Of a stretch of DNA of 45,927 nucleotides, positions 1-9,151 are shown piece by piece. This DNA is from Minisyncoccota bacterium (lineage in GTDB: Bacteria; Patescibacteriota; Minisyncoccia; Minisyncoccales; CG1-02-41-26): positions 1 to 45,927 of the forward strand of contig JAQUKS010000003.1 in NCBI GenBank assembly GCA_028718965.1, written 5' to 3'. Position 1 is the stretch's first letter. Each line of letters begins with the position of its first letter. A program made the position numbers and the translations under genes. The notes under the pieces are model-generated. The model was not told the origin of the DNA. It saw only the letters and a program-made list of their open reading frames with translations, and did no database searches.

Positions 1-2
1 AA

Positions 3-962
3 ATCGGCCGGCGTTTGAGCGAGCTTATAAGAGACAAGGTTTTGTTCAGCGAGGAGAATAAGGGGAGACATGCCATGCGGCTGGTTAAAAAAATGAAACC
101 GGGCGATGTTTTGCTATTGGAAAATCTGCGCTTTGACGAGGGCGAGGAAAAAAATTCTTTGAAATTTGCCAGGTCGCTGGCGCTTTTAGGCGACGTTTAT
201 ATCAATGAGGCGTTCAGCGTTTGTCATAGAGAGCACGCCTCGGTGGTTGCCCTGCCCGGCATTATGAAACATTTTGCCGGACCGGAGCTTTCGCGGGAGT
301 TCGGATTTTTATCCCGCGTGCTTGATAATCCGCCCCGGCCGCTGGCGGTCCTGATCGGCGGAGCCAAAGTAGCCACGAAAATCAAGGTTTTGAAAAGATT
401 TCTGAAAACAGCTGATTATCTTCTTTTGGCCGGAGACGTGGCCAACACTGTTTTGGCGGTAAAAGGTCTTTGGATGGGCAAGCCGGTTCCGGATGAAGAG
501 GAGATAACGCTTATCAAAGAGATTAATCTTACTGACCCGAAAATTTACCTGCCTGTCGATGTTTTAGCTTCGGTTGATTCGCAAGGCGAACATCCGGTAA
601 GAGCGGCGGGTCCGGGGGCGGTAAGGCAAGATGAAGACGTTTTCGATATCGGCCCGGAAACAATTTCTCTTTATCGCGATATAATTAAGGAGGCAAAGTC
701 CGTATTTTGGTCCGGGCCCTTGGGATGTTTTGAAAAAGAGATTTTCAGCAATGGCACCAGAGAAATAGCCCAAGCCATAGCTGATTCTTCGGCTGACTTG
801 AGGCTCGCGGGAGGCGGGGATACGGTGGCTGCTTTGCGTTATTTCAATCTGACTGATAGGTTTTCTTTTGTTTCCACGGGCGGAGGAGCGATGTTGAATT
901 TTTTAGCCGGCGAAAGAATGCCCGGTTTGGACGCATTAGGTTTTGTTTATGAGCGAGATTAA
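3..962 (+). CDS. pgk: phosphoglycerate kinase, 5' end off-window
   Basis: The frame is open to the window edge, with no stop upstream of the TTG at 15. The translation carries PGK hallmarks: LENLRFDEGEEKN, IGGAKVATKI and the C-terminal STGGGAMLNFLAG..LPG. About 80 N-terminal residues are missing relative to typical ~400-aa PGKs. Confidence 0.9.
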   Translation: MGRRLSELIRDKVLFSEENKGRHAMRLVKKMKPGDVLLLENLRFDEGEEKNSLKFARSLALLGDVYINEAFSVCHREHASVVALPGIMKHFAGPELSREFGFLSRVLDNPPRPLAVLIGGAKVATKIKVLKRFLKTADYLLLAGDVANTVLAVKGLWMGKPVPDEEEITLIKEINLTDPKIYLPVDVLASVDSQGEHPVRAAGPGAVRQDEDVFDIGPETISLYRDIIKEAKSVFWSGPLGCFEKEIFSNGTREIAQAIADSSADLRLAGGGDTVAALRYFNLTDRFSFVSTGGGAMLNFLAGERMPGLDALGFVYERD

Positions 963-2106
963 AAATTTGAAAAGAGCGGCCAGGCGCATTAAAAAAGCCG
1001 TTTCTGATAACGAGCGGATTATTTTATTCGGCGATTCCGACTTGGACGGCACCACTTCGGTTTTATTACTGGAAGAAACGCTGATGAATTTAGGCGCGCA
1101 GAAACTTTCGGTTTATTTTCCCGAGTGGGAGAGCGAGGATTACGGTTTGAATAGGGCGGCCTTGCAATTTTTGAAGCCGTCCGCTCCGGCCTTGTTGGTG
1201 GTTTTGGACTGCGGCATCGGTAATTTCGAGGAAGTAAAAGCAGCCCGAGCCATGGGATTTTCAATCATTGTTATCGACCATCATGAAATCTTGGGCACGA
1301 TTCCGGACGCGGATATCGTGGTTGACCCCAAGCAAAAAGGCGACCGCTATTCGTTTAAGAAATTGACTACAGTCTGCCTGGTTTATCGGTTGAGTGAAAT
1401 AATGTTAGGAACAAGAATGAGTTTGATTTTAAAACAGGGTTTTGGAGAGCTCGCAGCCATAGGCGCTGTGGCTGATATGATGCCCGAGGAGGATCTCAAT
1501 GCCAAGCTGATAGGAGCAGGTTCCCAAACCATAAAGGATACTTTGCGTCCGGGCATTATAGCTATGCTCAAGGCGGCGAATCTTGCCGATAGCACTCCAC
1601 GGGAGATTTTCAAAAAGCTTACGGCTATTTTGAATATCACGGCGGTTAAAGATCATCTCACCGAAAGTTATATTTTGCTCAAAGGGCTGTCTTCGGAGCC
1701 GCTTCTTGATTTGGCTAAAGATTTGATACGCAAAGCCGAAGCTCGCAACCAGGAAATTTTCCAAATCGTTGAGGAGATTTCCCAGAAAGTCGCTGATTCG
1801 TCTTCGCCGATAATTTTTGAAGGCAGGACCCATTGGTCGCGGGTGCTTTCGGGAGCGGTGGCTTCGCGCCTTTGCAATAAATACAAAAAGCCAACGTTTA
1901 TTTTCAGGAAAGACGTTCAAAAAAGCCGCGGCTCGGTAAGAACAGCCCATGGCCTGGACGCGGTAGCTGCCTTAAAGAGTTGTTCTCCGTTTCTCCTGAT
2001 GTATGGCGGACACCCGCCCGCGGCCGGATTCACGGTGTCGAATGAGAAGATAGACGCCCTGAAAGAATGTTTAGAAGAATATTTTAAACAGTTTCAAAAC
2101 ATTTAA
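943..2106 (+). CDS. DHH/DHHA1 family phosphoesterase, RecJ-like
   Basis: The ordered DHH motifs are present: FGDSDLDGTTS, VVLDCGIGN and VIDHHE, plus DHHA1 GGHPPAAGF. At 387 aa it is shorter than canonical RecJ, so RecJ versus NrnA-like is unresolved. It overlaps the pgk 3' end by 20 nt; an alternative ATG lies at 949. Confidence 0.8.
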   Translation: MFMSEIKNLKRAARRIKKAVSDNERIILFGDSDLDGTTSVLLLEETLMNLGAQKLSVYFPEWESEDYGLNRAALQFLKPSAPALLVVLDCGIGNFEEVKAARAMGFSIIVIDHHEILGTIPDADIVVDPKQKGDRYSFKKLTTVCLVYRLSEIMLGTRMSLILKQGFGELAAIGAVADMMPEEDLNAKLIGAGSQTIKDTLRPGIIAMLKAANLADSTPREIFKKLTAILNITAVKDHLTESYILLKGLSSEPLLDLAKDLIRKAEARNQEIFQIVEEISQKVADSSSPIIFEGRTHWSRVLSGAVASRLCNKYKKPTFIFRKDVQKSRGSVRTAHGLDAVAALKSCSPFLLMYGGHPPAAGFTVSNEKIDALKECLEEYFKQFQNI

Positions 2107-2121
2107 CATTCAAAATTCATT

Positions 2122-2559
2122 ATGAAATTAATCATAAACATTGACGGTGGTTCAAGGGGCAATCCCGGAGAGGCGGCCTTGGGCGTTGCTTTCAGCGACG
2201 AAGAAGGGCATGTTTTAAAAGCCTATAGTAAGTCTCTCGGCGTCGCTACCAACAACGAGGCCGAATATCAGGCTTTGATTTTCGGTCTTAAAAAAGCCAA
2301 AGCGGTTTTTGGCAAAGAAAAAATTAAAGACACGGCCATTGAGGTTCAATCGGATTCAGAGCTTCTGGTAAAGCAGATGAGGGGAGAGTATAAAATTTTA
2401 GAGCCGTCCATTCAAGCTTTGTTTTTAACGGCCTGGAATCTGAAAGTCGAGCTGAAAAACGTTCGTTTTATGGCAGTGCCCCGGGAGGCCAATAAGTTAG
2501 CGGACCGGCTGGTCAATGAAGCCCTCGACAGTTCTTCTAAGAAACAGGCGCTTTTCTAA
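2122..2559 (+). CDS. rnhA: ribonuclease HI family protein
   Basis: The type-1 RNase H pattern is present: IDGGSRGNPGEAALG, NNEAEYQALIFGL, SDSELLVKQM and REANKLADRLVNEAL. Confidence 0.8.
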   Translation: MKLIINIDGGSRGNPGEAALGVAFSDEEGHVLKAYSKSLGVATNNEAEYQALIFGLKKAKAVFGKEKIKDTAIEVQSDSELLVKQMRGEYKILEPSIQALFLTAWNLKVELKNVRFMAVPREANKLADRLVNEALDSSSKKQALF

Positions 2560-2565
2560 AATAGT

Positions 2566-2594
2566 TTGACTTTTTATCTTTTTGTCGTTATAAT
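2566..2594 (+). promoter_or_regulatory. sigma70-type promoter for rnpB
   Basis: TTGACT (2566-2571), an exact 17-nt spacer, then TATAAT (2589-2594). The -10 box ends 7 nt before the predicted first base of the RNase P RNA P1 helix (2602). Confidence 0.6.
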
Positions 2595-2601
2595 ATTATT
2601 T

Positions 2602-2981
2602 GAGTAGGTAAAGCAATCGCCCTGCCCGCGAGGGTAAGGGAGGAAAGTCCGAACACTCCGCCCATCCGTGAGGAGTAGGGTAATAGTAGCGGGTAACGCC
2701 CGCCAATCGCGAGGTTAGAGGTGCGAACAGAGACGCCTTGGACGCCGAAAGGCGTCGGGCGCCCGGCCATCGCAAGATGGTTTAGGGTGAGCCCCATAGG
2801 AAACTTTGGGGGTGAAACGGCCAAATCCTTACTTGAGTGCAAGAGCAAACGTTTCGACAATCTCCGGATTTGCCGAAACGGAAAAGTAGCTCGCAAAGAT
2901 TCGGCAGGCAACTGCCGGACCAGATAAATGATTGCACCCCGCCTAAAAAGCGGGGCACAGAATTCGGCTTATTACCTGCTC
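2602..2981 (+). ncRNA. rnpB: RNase P RNA, bacterial type A-like
   Basis: The universally conserved GGAGGAAAGTCCGAAC (about 2639-2654) and ACAGAATTCGGCTTA (about 2957-2971) blocks are present. The terminal P1 helix pairs gagtaggtaa (2602-2611) with ttacctgctc (2972-2981), with one G-U. No protein-like ORF is present; the ORFs at 2588-2911(-) and 2721-2927(+) are artefacts of the structured RNA. Confidence 0.85.
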
Positions 2982-2984
2982 TCG

Positions 2985-3023
2985 CCCCGTTGAAAATCTT
3001 TGATTTTTAACGGGGTTTTGTTT
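2985..3023 (+). terminator. putative intrinsic terminator after rnpB
   Basis: The stem pairs ccccgtt (2985-2991) with aacgggg (3009-3015) and is followed by ttttgttt. The 17-nt loop is large, so confidence is moderate. Confidence 0.4.
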
Positions 3024-3041
3024 ACAATAGAGCATATCGTT

Positions 3042-4724
3042 ATGATCAACCGGCTGCTTAATTCCAAAACCAAAACTGTGTCGGCCGCTGTTTTTTTTGT
3101 GGCTTTTTCTACGTTTTTGGGCTATCTTCTCGCAATTTTAAGGGATAACTTTTTGGCCAATTTTTTAACCAATGCCCAGGCGGACGTTTATTGGGCAGCT
3201 TTTCGCGTGCCTGATTTCGTTTATGGCCTTCTGATAACCGGAGGCGTCACCGCGGCCTTTTTGCCTGTTTTGGCCGATTATTGGCATAAAGACGGGCAAG
3301 AGGCCAAAAACTTGTTCAAGAACGTTTTTACTTTTTTTCTTCTGATTCTATCGGCGCTTTCCCTCCTGCTGGCTGTTTTCGCGCCTTTTATCATTAAGGT
3401 TATCGTTCCGGGCTTTAGCGCGAGCCAACAAGCCCAAACGGTTGTTTTATCACGGATAATGTTTTTAAGTCCGATTATTTTGGGTATCTCGGCTATTTTT
3501 TCGGTTGTTTTGCAGTTTTTCGATCTTTTCATAGCCTTTTCCCTGGCGCCTGTTTTTTATAATTTGGGCATCATTGTCGGCATTATATTTTTTTTACCCT
3601 TGATGGGTTTGCCCGGACTTGCCTGGGGAGTTGTTTTAGGCGCTTTGCTGCACTTGCTTATCCAAGTAATTCCTTTGTTAAAAACCGGCTTTACTCCCGG
3701 CCTGTTCCTTAAATTGAAATCAGCGGGTCTTGCAAAGGTATTCAGGCTTATGATACCAAGAACCATCGGGGCGGGGGCTTATCATTTGAATCTGATAATA
3801 ATTACGGCCATTGCTTCTACGTTGGCGGCCGGTTCCATCAAGATTTTCAATTTGGCTAACAACCTTTATGGGGTACCCGTCGGGCTTATAGGCGTACCTT
3901 TCGCCACAGCCGCGTTTCCATTATTGTCCCGTTGTTGCGCTGGCCGGGAAAATGAAAAATTCTTGAAAATATTATCCCAGATATTTTCGCGGATTATTTT
4001 TTTGATTATACCGCTTTCCGCTTTGTTTTTTCTTTTCAGGGCGCAGATAGTAAGATTGTTCTACGGCACTCGGATTTCCGGGGGCGGGTATTTCGGCTGG
4101 TGGGAAACGCGCCTTACGGCGGGTTCGTTGGGTATTTTCGCTTTCTCGCTTTTCGCTGTTTGTCTTATTCCGCTTTTGGCGCGGGCTTTTTACTCTCTCC
4201 ATGACACGAAGACACCGGTAAAAATCGCGGTTTTTGCAATCGCTTTCAATATATTTTTAGTTTATTTTTTCGTAAAAATTTTAGGTTCGGCCAATGTTTT
4301 CAGTGGCTTTTTGGCACATATCTTGAAACTGGAGCGGTTGGATAACTTGGCTGTCTTGGGCCTGCCTTTGGCTTTATCGATTTCCGCGATATGGCAGTTT
4401 TTTGGGTTGCTATTCTATCTAAAAAGAAAAGTTAACTTCAAAGGGCACCGTTTTTTGGAGCAGTTTTTCCTTATAAAAGTCTTAGTAATGACCTTGGTAT
4501 GCTCTCTTACTGCTTATCTTTGCTTGCGAGTGAGCAGTCAATGGACTCTTACTAATACTGTATTGGGGATTTTGGAGCAAATTATCTTCTCCGCCCTGTC
4601 TGCGGTGCTTGTTTATTGTTTTTTATCTTTAGCTTGGGGTTTTAAGGAGCCGGTTTTGCTTTGGCGGTATTGTGTATTATTTTTTAAGCGTTTTAAAGTA
4701 AGGAACGGCTACAAGAAGCGATAA
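3042..4724 (+). CDS. murJ: lipid II flippase MurJ/MviN family
   Basis: A polytopic membrane protein with the MurJ-typical N-terminus (FLGYLLAILRDNFLANFL...ADVYWAAFRVPDFVYGLLITGGVTAAFLPV). The start is placed at ATG 3042 (MINRLLNS) rather than the TTG at 3000. Confidence 0.85.
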   Translation: MINRLLNSKTKTVSAAVFFVAFSTFLGYLLAILRDNFLANFLTNAQADVYWAAFRVPDFVYGLLITGGVTAAFLPVLADYWHKDGQEAKNLFKNVFTFFLLILSALSLLLAVFAPFIIKVIVPGFSASQQAQTVVLSRIMFLSPIILGISAIFSVVLQFFDLFIAFSLAPVFYNLGIIVGIIFFLPLMGLPGLAWGVVLGALLHLLIQVIPLLKTGFTPGLFLKLKSAGLAKVFRLMIPRTIGAGAYHLNLIIITAIASTLAAGSIKIFNLANNLYGVPVGLIGVPFATAAFPLLSRCCAGRENEKFLKILSQIFSRIIFLIIPLSALFFLFRAQIVRLFYGTRISGGGYFGWWETRLTAGSLGIFAFSLFAVCLIPLLARAFYSLHDTKTPVKIAVFAIAFNIFLVYFFVKILGSANVFSGFLAHILKLERLDNLAVLGLPLALSISAIWQFFGLLFYLKRKVNFKGHRFLEQFFLIKVLVMTLVCSLTAYLCLRVSSQWTLTNTVLGILEQIIFSALSAVLVYCFLSLAWGFKEPVLLWRYCVLFFKRFKVRNGYKKR

Positions 4725-4764
4725 TTTATTGGATAACCGATATGAGTTATTATATAAAAACAAA

Positions 4765-6618
4765 ATGGAAGATAATCTGAAAAATACGCCAAACAATATC
4801 AGAAATTTCGTCATAATCTCCCATATCGACCATGGTAAGTCTACGCTGGCTGACAGGTTTTTAGAATTGACCGGCGCGGTCAATAAAGAAAAGATGAAAG
4901 AGCAATTTTTGGACTCAATGGCCCTGGAACGCGAAAAGGGGATTACCATAAAAATGCATCCGGTTCGTCTTAATTATCGGTTGAGTGGAGTCGACTATGT
5001 GCTAAATTTAATCGATACTCCCGGACATATTGATTTTTCATATGAAATATCGCGGGCATTGGCTTGTTGCGAAGGCGCCTTGCTTTTAGTAGACGCGGTA
5101 AAAGGAATTCAGGCACAGACCCTTTATAATTTAAGTCAGGCTCAAAAACAGGGACTTGTCGTAATCGGCGCGGTTAATAAAATCGATTTACCACAGGCTC
5201 GCGTCGAGCAAACCCGGGATGAACTGGCGGAGGTTCTCAAAGTCGGGCCCGAAGAAATATTCGCTATTTCAGGCAAAACCGGTGAAAATATAGAGGCACT
5301 TTTGGAAGCTTTGGTTAAAAATGTTCCTTCTCCGCGCGTATCAAATGTCGTTAAGCCGTTTAAAGCTCTGGTCTTTGACTCCAAATACGATTCTTTTTCC
5401 GGTGTTGTCGCTTACGTGCGTGTTTTTGACGGAAATGTCTCTTTTGGCGATAAAATACATTTTATGCAAGCCAATTATCAGGCCGAGTGCAAAGAGGTTG
5501 GTTATTTTATGCCTCAATTGGTTCGCGCGGCCAGTTTAAACCCCGGAGAAATCGGTTACATTAAAACCGGTATTAAGATTCCTGCTAAGGTTAAAGTCGG
5601 GGAAACCATAACTATTTTAAAAAATTCAGCGGATAAAACTCGCGATGTATTGGATATCGGATACAGTGATATTAAACCGCTTCCCGGGTATAAAGAACCA
5701 CAGCCGGTTTTATTTTTAAGTTTGTATCCTTATAATGCCGACGAGTTTGACCAGTTAAGAGATGGCCTGGAAAAATTGTCTCTTAATGATCCGGCTTTGA
5801 ATTTTGCGACCGAGTCGAAAATGATTTTAGGCAGGGGCTTTCGAATCGGTTTTTTGGGTTCCTTGCACGCGGAAATCACTATCCGTCGGCTTAAAGAAGA
5901 ATTTGACCTGGAGTTGGTGGCCACATCTCCCCAAGTGGTTTTCAGGGTGATCACTAAAACCGGTGAAGAAAGGTTTGTTTCTTCACCTTCGGCCTGGCCT
6001 GACACAGCTATGATTCAGGAGGCGCAGGAGCCTTATGCCGATTTGGAAATCATTATTCCCAACGGCTATATCAGCGGATTGTTTCCGGTTTTTAAAAATT
6101 TCAATATTGTTTTGCTGGAAACGAAATTTTTAACTCCCCAAAAATCCCTTTTAAAGGCCCAGGCTCCTTTGAGAGAGATTATCAGCGGCGCTTTTTACGA
6201 TAAGATGAAAACGATTACTGAAGGTTATGGTTCGTTCAGCTTCGAATACGCGGGATATCGAAAAAACGATTTGGTGAAAATGGATATTTTAATTGCCGGC
6301 GAGCCCGAAGAGGCTTTTGCCAAGATCGTGCCCATGGATGATGCCTATGAGATCGGTAAAAGGTTCATCCAAAAATTAAGGGATGTTTTGCCGTCCCAGC
6401 AATTTTTGGTGAGTCTGCAGGCAGCGGTCGGGGGCAAGATAGTGGCGCGGGAGAACATTTCTGCCAGGAGAAAAGACGTTACTGCTCCATTATACGGAGG
6501 AGATGTTACTCGTAAAAAAAAGCTGCTTGAGGCTCAGAAAAGAGGCAAAAAAGACTTGCAAAAAAAAGGGCGGGTGCAGATACCCGCCAGAGTGTTTCTG
6601 GAAATGCTAAGGGATTGA
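4765..6618 (+). CDS. lepA: translation elongation factor 4 (LepA)
   Basis: NIRNFVIISHIDHGKSTLADR (G1), DTPGH (G3), NKID (G4), and the LepA-specific C-terminal region ending in a basic tail. ATG 4765 matches the usual short LepA N-terminus. An in-frame TTG at 4729 is an alternative start. Confidence 0.92.
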   Translation: MEDNLKNTPNNIRNFVIISHIDHGKSTLADRFLELTGAVNKEKMKEQFLDSMALEREKGITIKMHPVRLNYRLSGVDYVLNLIDTPGHIDFSYEISRALACCEGALLLVDAVKGIQAQTLYNLSQAQKQGLVVIGAVNKIDLPQARVEQTRDELAEVLKVGPEEIFAISGKTGENIEALLEALVKNVPSPRVSNVVKPFKALVFDSKYDSFSGVVAYVRVFDGNVSFGDKIHFMQANYQAECKEVGYFMPQLVRAASLNPGEIGYIKTGIKIPAKVKVGETITILKNSADKTRDVLDIGYSDIKPLPGYKEPQPVLFLSLYPYNADEFDQLRDGLEKLSLNDPALNFATESKMILGRGFRIGFLGSLHAEITIRRLKEEFDLELVATSPQVVFRVITKTGEERFVSSPSAWPDTAMIQEAQEPYADLEIIIPNGYISGLFPVFKNFNIVLLETKFLTPQKSLLKAQAPLREIISGAFYDKMKTITEGYGSFSFEYAGYRKNDLVKMDILIAGEPEEAFAKIVPMDDAYEIGKRFIQKLRDVLPSQQFLVSLQAAVGGKIVARENISARRKDVTAPLYGGDVTRKKKLLEAQKRGKKDLQKKGRVQIPARVFLEMLRD

Positions 6619-6653
6619 ACCCCGGCCCTGTATGCTTAAACAGGCTGGAGAGC

Positions 6654-6752
6654 TTAATAAAAAATCGGCCAAAGCAGTGATATAACCAAGCTCAAAGATA
6701 CCAATGAAATTAAAATAATCCAAACTATCCTGAATGCTTTTTTTGTTTTCAT
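6654..6752 (-). CDS. hypothetical 32-aa hydrophobic peptide (not in ORF track)
   Basis: The reverse-strand ATG..TAA translates to MKTKKAFRIVWIILISLVSLSLVISLLWPIFY, a basic head followed by one TM-like helix. There is no obvious Shine-Dalgarno sequence and it would be the only protein gene on the minus strand. It is weakly supported. Confidence 0.2.
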   Translation of the reverse strand: MKTKKAFRIVWIILISLVSLSLVISLLWPIFY

Positions 6753-6803
6753 TTTTGTGTTAATAATATAGTTAAGCGAAAGCGGTTCTTGAATATTATA
6801 ATA

Positions 6804-7187
6804 ATGCAAAAATCATTAAGATACAAATCCAAGAAACCCGGCTCGCGGGGGACGAGAATCCGGAAAGGCCGGCGAGCCTGGTGGTTCCTTACGGTTTTGG
6901 GCCTGGCGGTTTTTATTATCGGTTTGGTTTTCGGCAATATTGAACTGGCCCGAAGGCGCAATGAACTCAAGCGTGATTTAAGCGATTTGGAAGGGCGGCT
7001 TAATGCCCCTGTAAGTCAGACAGACGCCTTTATCGATGATTCTCCGGCCTATCTGGAACAGGCGGCCCGGGAAGAACTTAATTTGAGAAAGGCCGACGAG
7101 AAGGTTGTCGCCTTTCCCGAAAGAATCGAAGAAGATGTTGACGAAACCGAAGGGCTTTTGCAAAAAATAAAAGACAAACTTAAATAA
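6804..7187 (+). CDS. septum formation initiator family protein (FtsB/DivIC-like)
   Basis: A basic N-terminus, a single TM helix (WWFLTVLGLAVFIIGLVF), a coiled-coil segment (ELARRRNELKRDLSDLEGRL) and YLEQAAREELNLRKADEKVV, which is typical of the DivIC/FtsB family. The start is taken as ATG 6804. Confidence 0.6.
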   Translation: MQKSLRYKSKKPGSRGTRIRKGRRAWWFLTVLGLAVFIIGLVFGNIELARRRNELKRDLSDLEGRLNAPVSQTDAFIDDSPAYLEQAAREELNLRKADEKVVAFPERIEEDVDETEGLLQKIKDKLK

Positions 7188-7188
7188 C

Positions 7189-7259
7189 GCGAGAGTAGCA
7201 CAATGGCAGTGCGTTTGCTTCCCAAGCAAAACACGCGGGTCCGATTCCCGTCTCTCGCT
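7189..7259 (+). tRNA. tRNA-Gly (anticodon CCC)
   Basis: Manual cloverleaf: acceptor gcgagag/ctctcgc, D stem gcac/gtgc, anticodon stem tttgc/gcaaa with loop ttCCCaa, 4-nt variable loop, T stem gcggg/cccgt, discriminator U. No CCA is encoded. The T loop reads tccgatt, so U55 is replaced by C; see findings. Confidence 0.85.
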
Positions 7260-7316
7260 CATATTTTCTGATTTTCAATGTTTAAAAATTAGAAAGCAAT
7301 AATTAAGATATTCCGC

Positions 7317-7389
7317 GCCGATGTAGCTCAACTGGCAGAGCAGTCCCTTCGTAAGGGAAAGGTTGTCGGTTCAATTCCGACCATCGGCT
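7317..7389 (+). tRNA. tRNA-Thr (anticodon CGU)
   Basis: Acceptor gccgatg/catcggc, D stem gctc/gagc, anticodon loop ttCGTaa, T arm gtcgg-ttcaatt-ccgac. It is followed by a T8 run. Confidence 0.9.
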
Positions 7390-7438
7390 CTTTTTTTTCT
7401 GCTGAAAAATGCTATTATGAAATAGCAAGCCAAAGCCT

Positions 7439-8450
7439 ATGAAAAAACATACCATTCAACTGAATAATATCGCTAATGAGCTCCAATCGCTGGAGCAATG
7501 TCTTTGACACGGAGCGTTTCGACTTTTTTTCGAAAGAAATCGTTGATTTGAAAGAAATGCTTGCTTTGGGATTGATTAAGACTTCCGAAGATGAAGATAA
7601 TTTTTCCGTGAAGATCGCTTCTTTGGAAAAAGAACTGTTTGAGAATAAAAAAAAGATATTTTTAAACGGCAAATACGACGGATACGGAGCTATCCTTACT
7701 ATCAAGCCGGGGGCGGGCGGCAGGGATGCCCAGGATTGGGCGGCTATGTTGCTAAGGATGTATCAGAAATACTGCGAGCGGAAAAAATGGCTGTGTAAAA
7801 TATTATCCCAGAATTTCGCCGAAGGAGGAGGCCCGGAGGGCCGGATAGGCATCAAGGAAGTTGTTCTGGTTGTAAAGGGGGAAATGGCTTATGGCTTACT
7901 GAAAAGAGAAAGCGGCGGCCATCGCCTGGTAAGAATTTCTCCGTTTTCAGCTAAAAAATTAAGACATACGTCATTTGCCCAGGTTGAAGTGATACCGCAA
8001 CTATCTAACGAAACCGTCGAGGTAAGTTTGAAGCCCGAAGATTTGAAAATAGAAACTTTCCGTTCGGCCGGCCATGGCGGGCAGAATGTCAACAAAAGGG
8101 AAACCGCTGTTCGTCTCACGCATTTGCCTACGGGCCTTGCAGCATCTTCGCAGATAGAGAGAACGCAGATTATGAATAAGAAAATAGCTTTGAATTTTTT
8201 ATTGGCCAAGCTCGCGGCTTTACGGGAGAGCGAAAGGCAGCAGGAACTTCGGAATGAAAAATCAAAAATAGTCCATGGGGCAGGCGACAATAAAAAAAGC
8301 ACCGCTGATTTCGGCGGACAGATAAGGTCTTACGTGCTCCATCCGTATAAGTTGGTGAAAGACCATCGCACCGAATGTGAAACCAGTAATACGGAAGCGG
8401 TTCTGAACGGCGACCTTGAATGCTTTGTTAAGGCCGAAATTGAAATTTAA
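7439..8450 (+). CDS. prfB: peptide chain release factor 2, requires programmed +1 frameshift at 7502-7508
   Basis: Frame 0 reads ATG 7439 ... TGT CTT TGA C (MKKHTIQLNNIANELQSLEQCL-stop). Shifting +1 at CTT_TGA_C continues as GAC ACG... (DTERFDFF...), which is the long ORF in the track. SPF (RISPFSAKK) and GGQ (GHGGQNVNK) motifs identify RF2. A GGAG lies 6 nt upstream of CTT. Confidence 0.9.
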
Positions 8451-8457
8451 GATTACT

Positions 8458-9147
8458 ATGATAAAATTCGATAACGTGTCGAAAATCTATAATGGCGACA
8501 ATGAGCCGATTTCAGCGGTGAGAGAGGTGTCTTTTACGATTCAAGAGGGAGAGTTCGTCTGTCTTGTCGGGAAATCCGGCGCTGGCAAGACAACGCTTAT
8601 CAAACTCTTAACCGGCAATGAAAAGCCCACTTGCGGCCAGGTTTTCTTCCGTGAGACAGATATCCACGGCATTGTTTCCGCTGATTTGCAAAAAATAAGG
8701 CGTAAAATCGGCGTTGTTTACCAAGATTACAGATTGTTGCAGACCAAAACTGTCTTTGAAAATTTGGCGTATGTTATGCAGGTTATCGGGATACCCGATA
8801 CTGACATAAACAGGGACATAGCCCAGGTTTTGGAGATTGTCGGCCTAGAAACAAGAGCTTGCAGCTTTCCCGCGGAGCTTTCTGGCGGTGAAAGGCAGCG
8901 TTTAGCTATTGCCCGCGCTTTGATACATCGCCCCGAGCTTATTGTCGCTGATGAGCCGACCGGCAATTTGGATCCTTATCACACTTTCGGAATAGTGCAG
9001 CTGTTCAAAAAAATAAGCCAGATGGGCGCCACGATTGTTCTGGCCACTCATAATAAAGAAATCGTCGATAACTTGAAAAAAAGAGTAATAACCCTGGAGC
9101 AGGGTCGGATTATTTCGGATGACCCCGAAGGAAAATTTATTTTATAA
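8458..9147 (+). CDS. ftsE: cell division ATP-binding protein FtsE
   Basis: ABC ATPase with Walker [10 protein letters not shown], signature LSGGERQR and Walker B LIVADEPT, about 230 aa, immediately upstream of an FtsX-like permease. The start is ATG 8458 ([11 protein letters not shown]). Confidence 0.9.
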   Translation: MIKFDNVSKIYNGDNEPISAVREVSFTIQEGEFVCLVGKSGAGKTTLIKLLTGNEKPTCGQVFFRETDIHGIVSADLQKIRRKIGVVYQDYRLLQTKTVFENLAYVMQVIGIPDTDINRDIAQVLEIVGLETRACSFPAELSGGERQRLAIARALIHRPELIVADEPTGNLDPYHTFGIVQLFKKISQMGATIVLATHNKEIVDNLKKRVITLEQGRIISDDPEGKFIL

Positions 9148-9151
9148 TTTT

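Noticed and set aside
6978-7262. Minus-strand ORFs of 94 aa (6978-7262) and 61 aa (7049-7234).
   Set aside because: They are antisense to the FtsB-like gene, and the 94-aa ORF also overlaps tRNA-Gly. The tRNA cloverleaf and the + strand gene explain the sequence.
7505-7507. The in-frame TGA in prfB, together with the very long ORFs, might indicate UGA recoding (code 4 or 25).
   Set aside because: The TGA sits in the canonical CUU UGA C frameshift context of RF2. RF2 itself, the UGA-specific factor, is encoded here. TGA also terminates well-defined genes such as LamG-B at 27613-27615 and ppsA at 44040-44042. The standard bacterial code applies.
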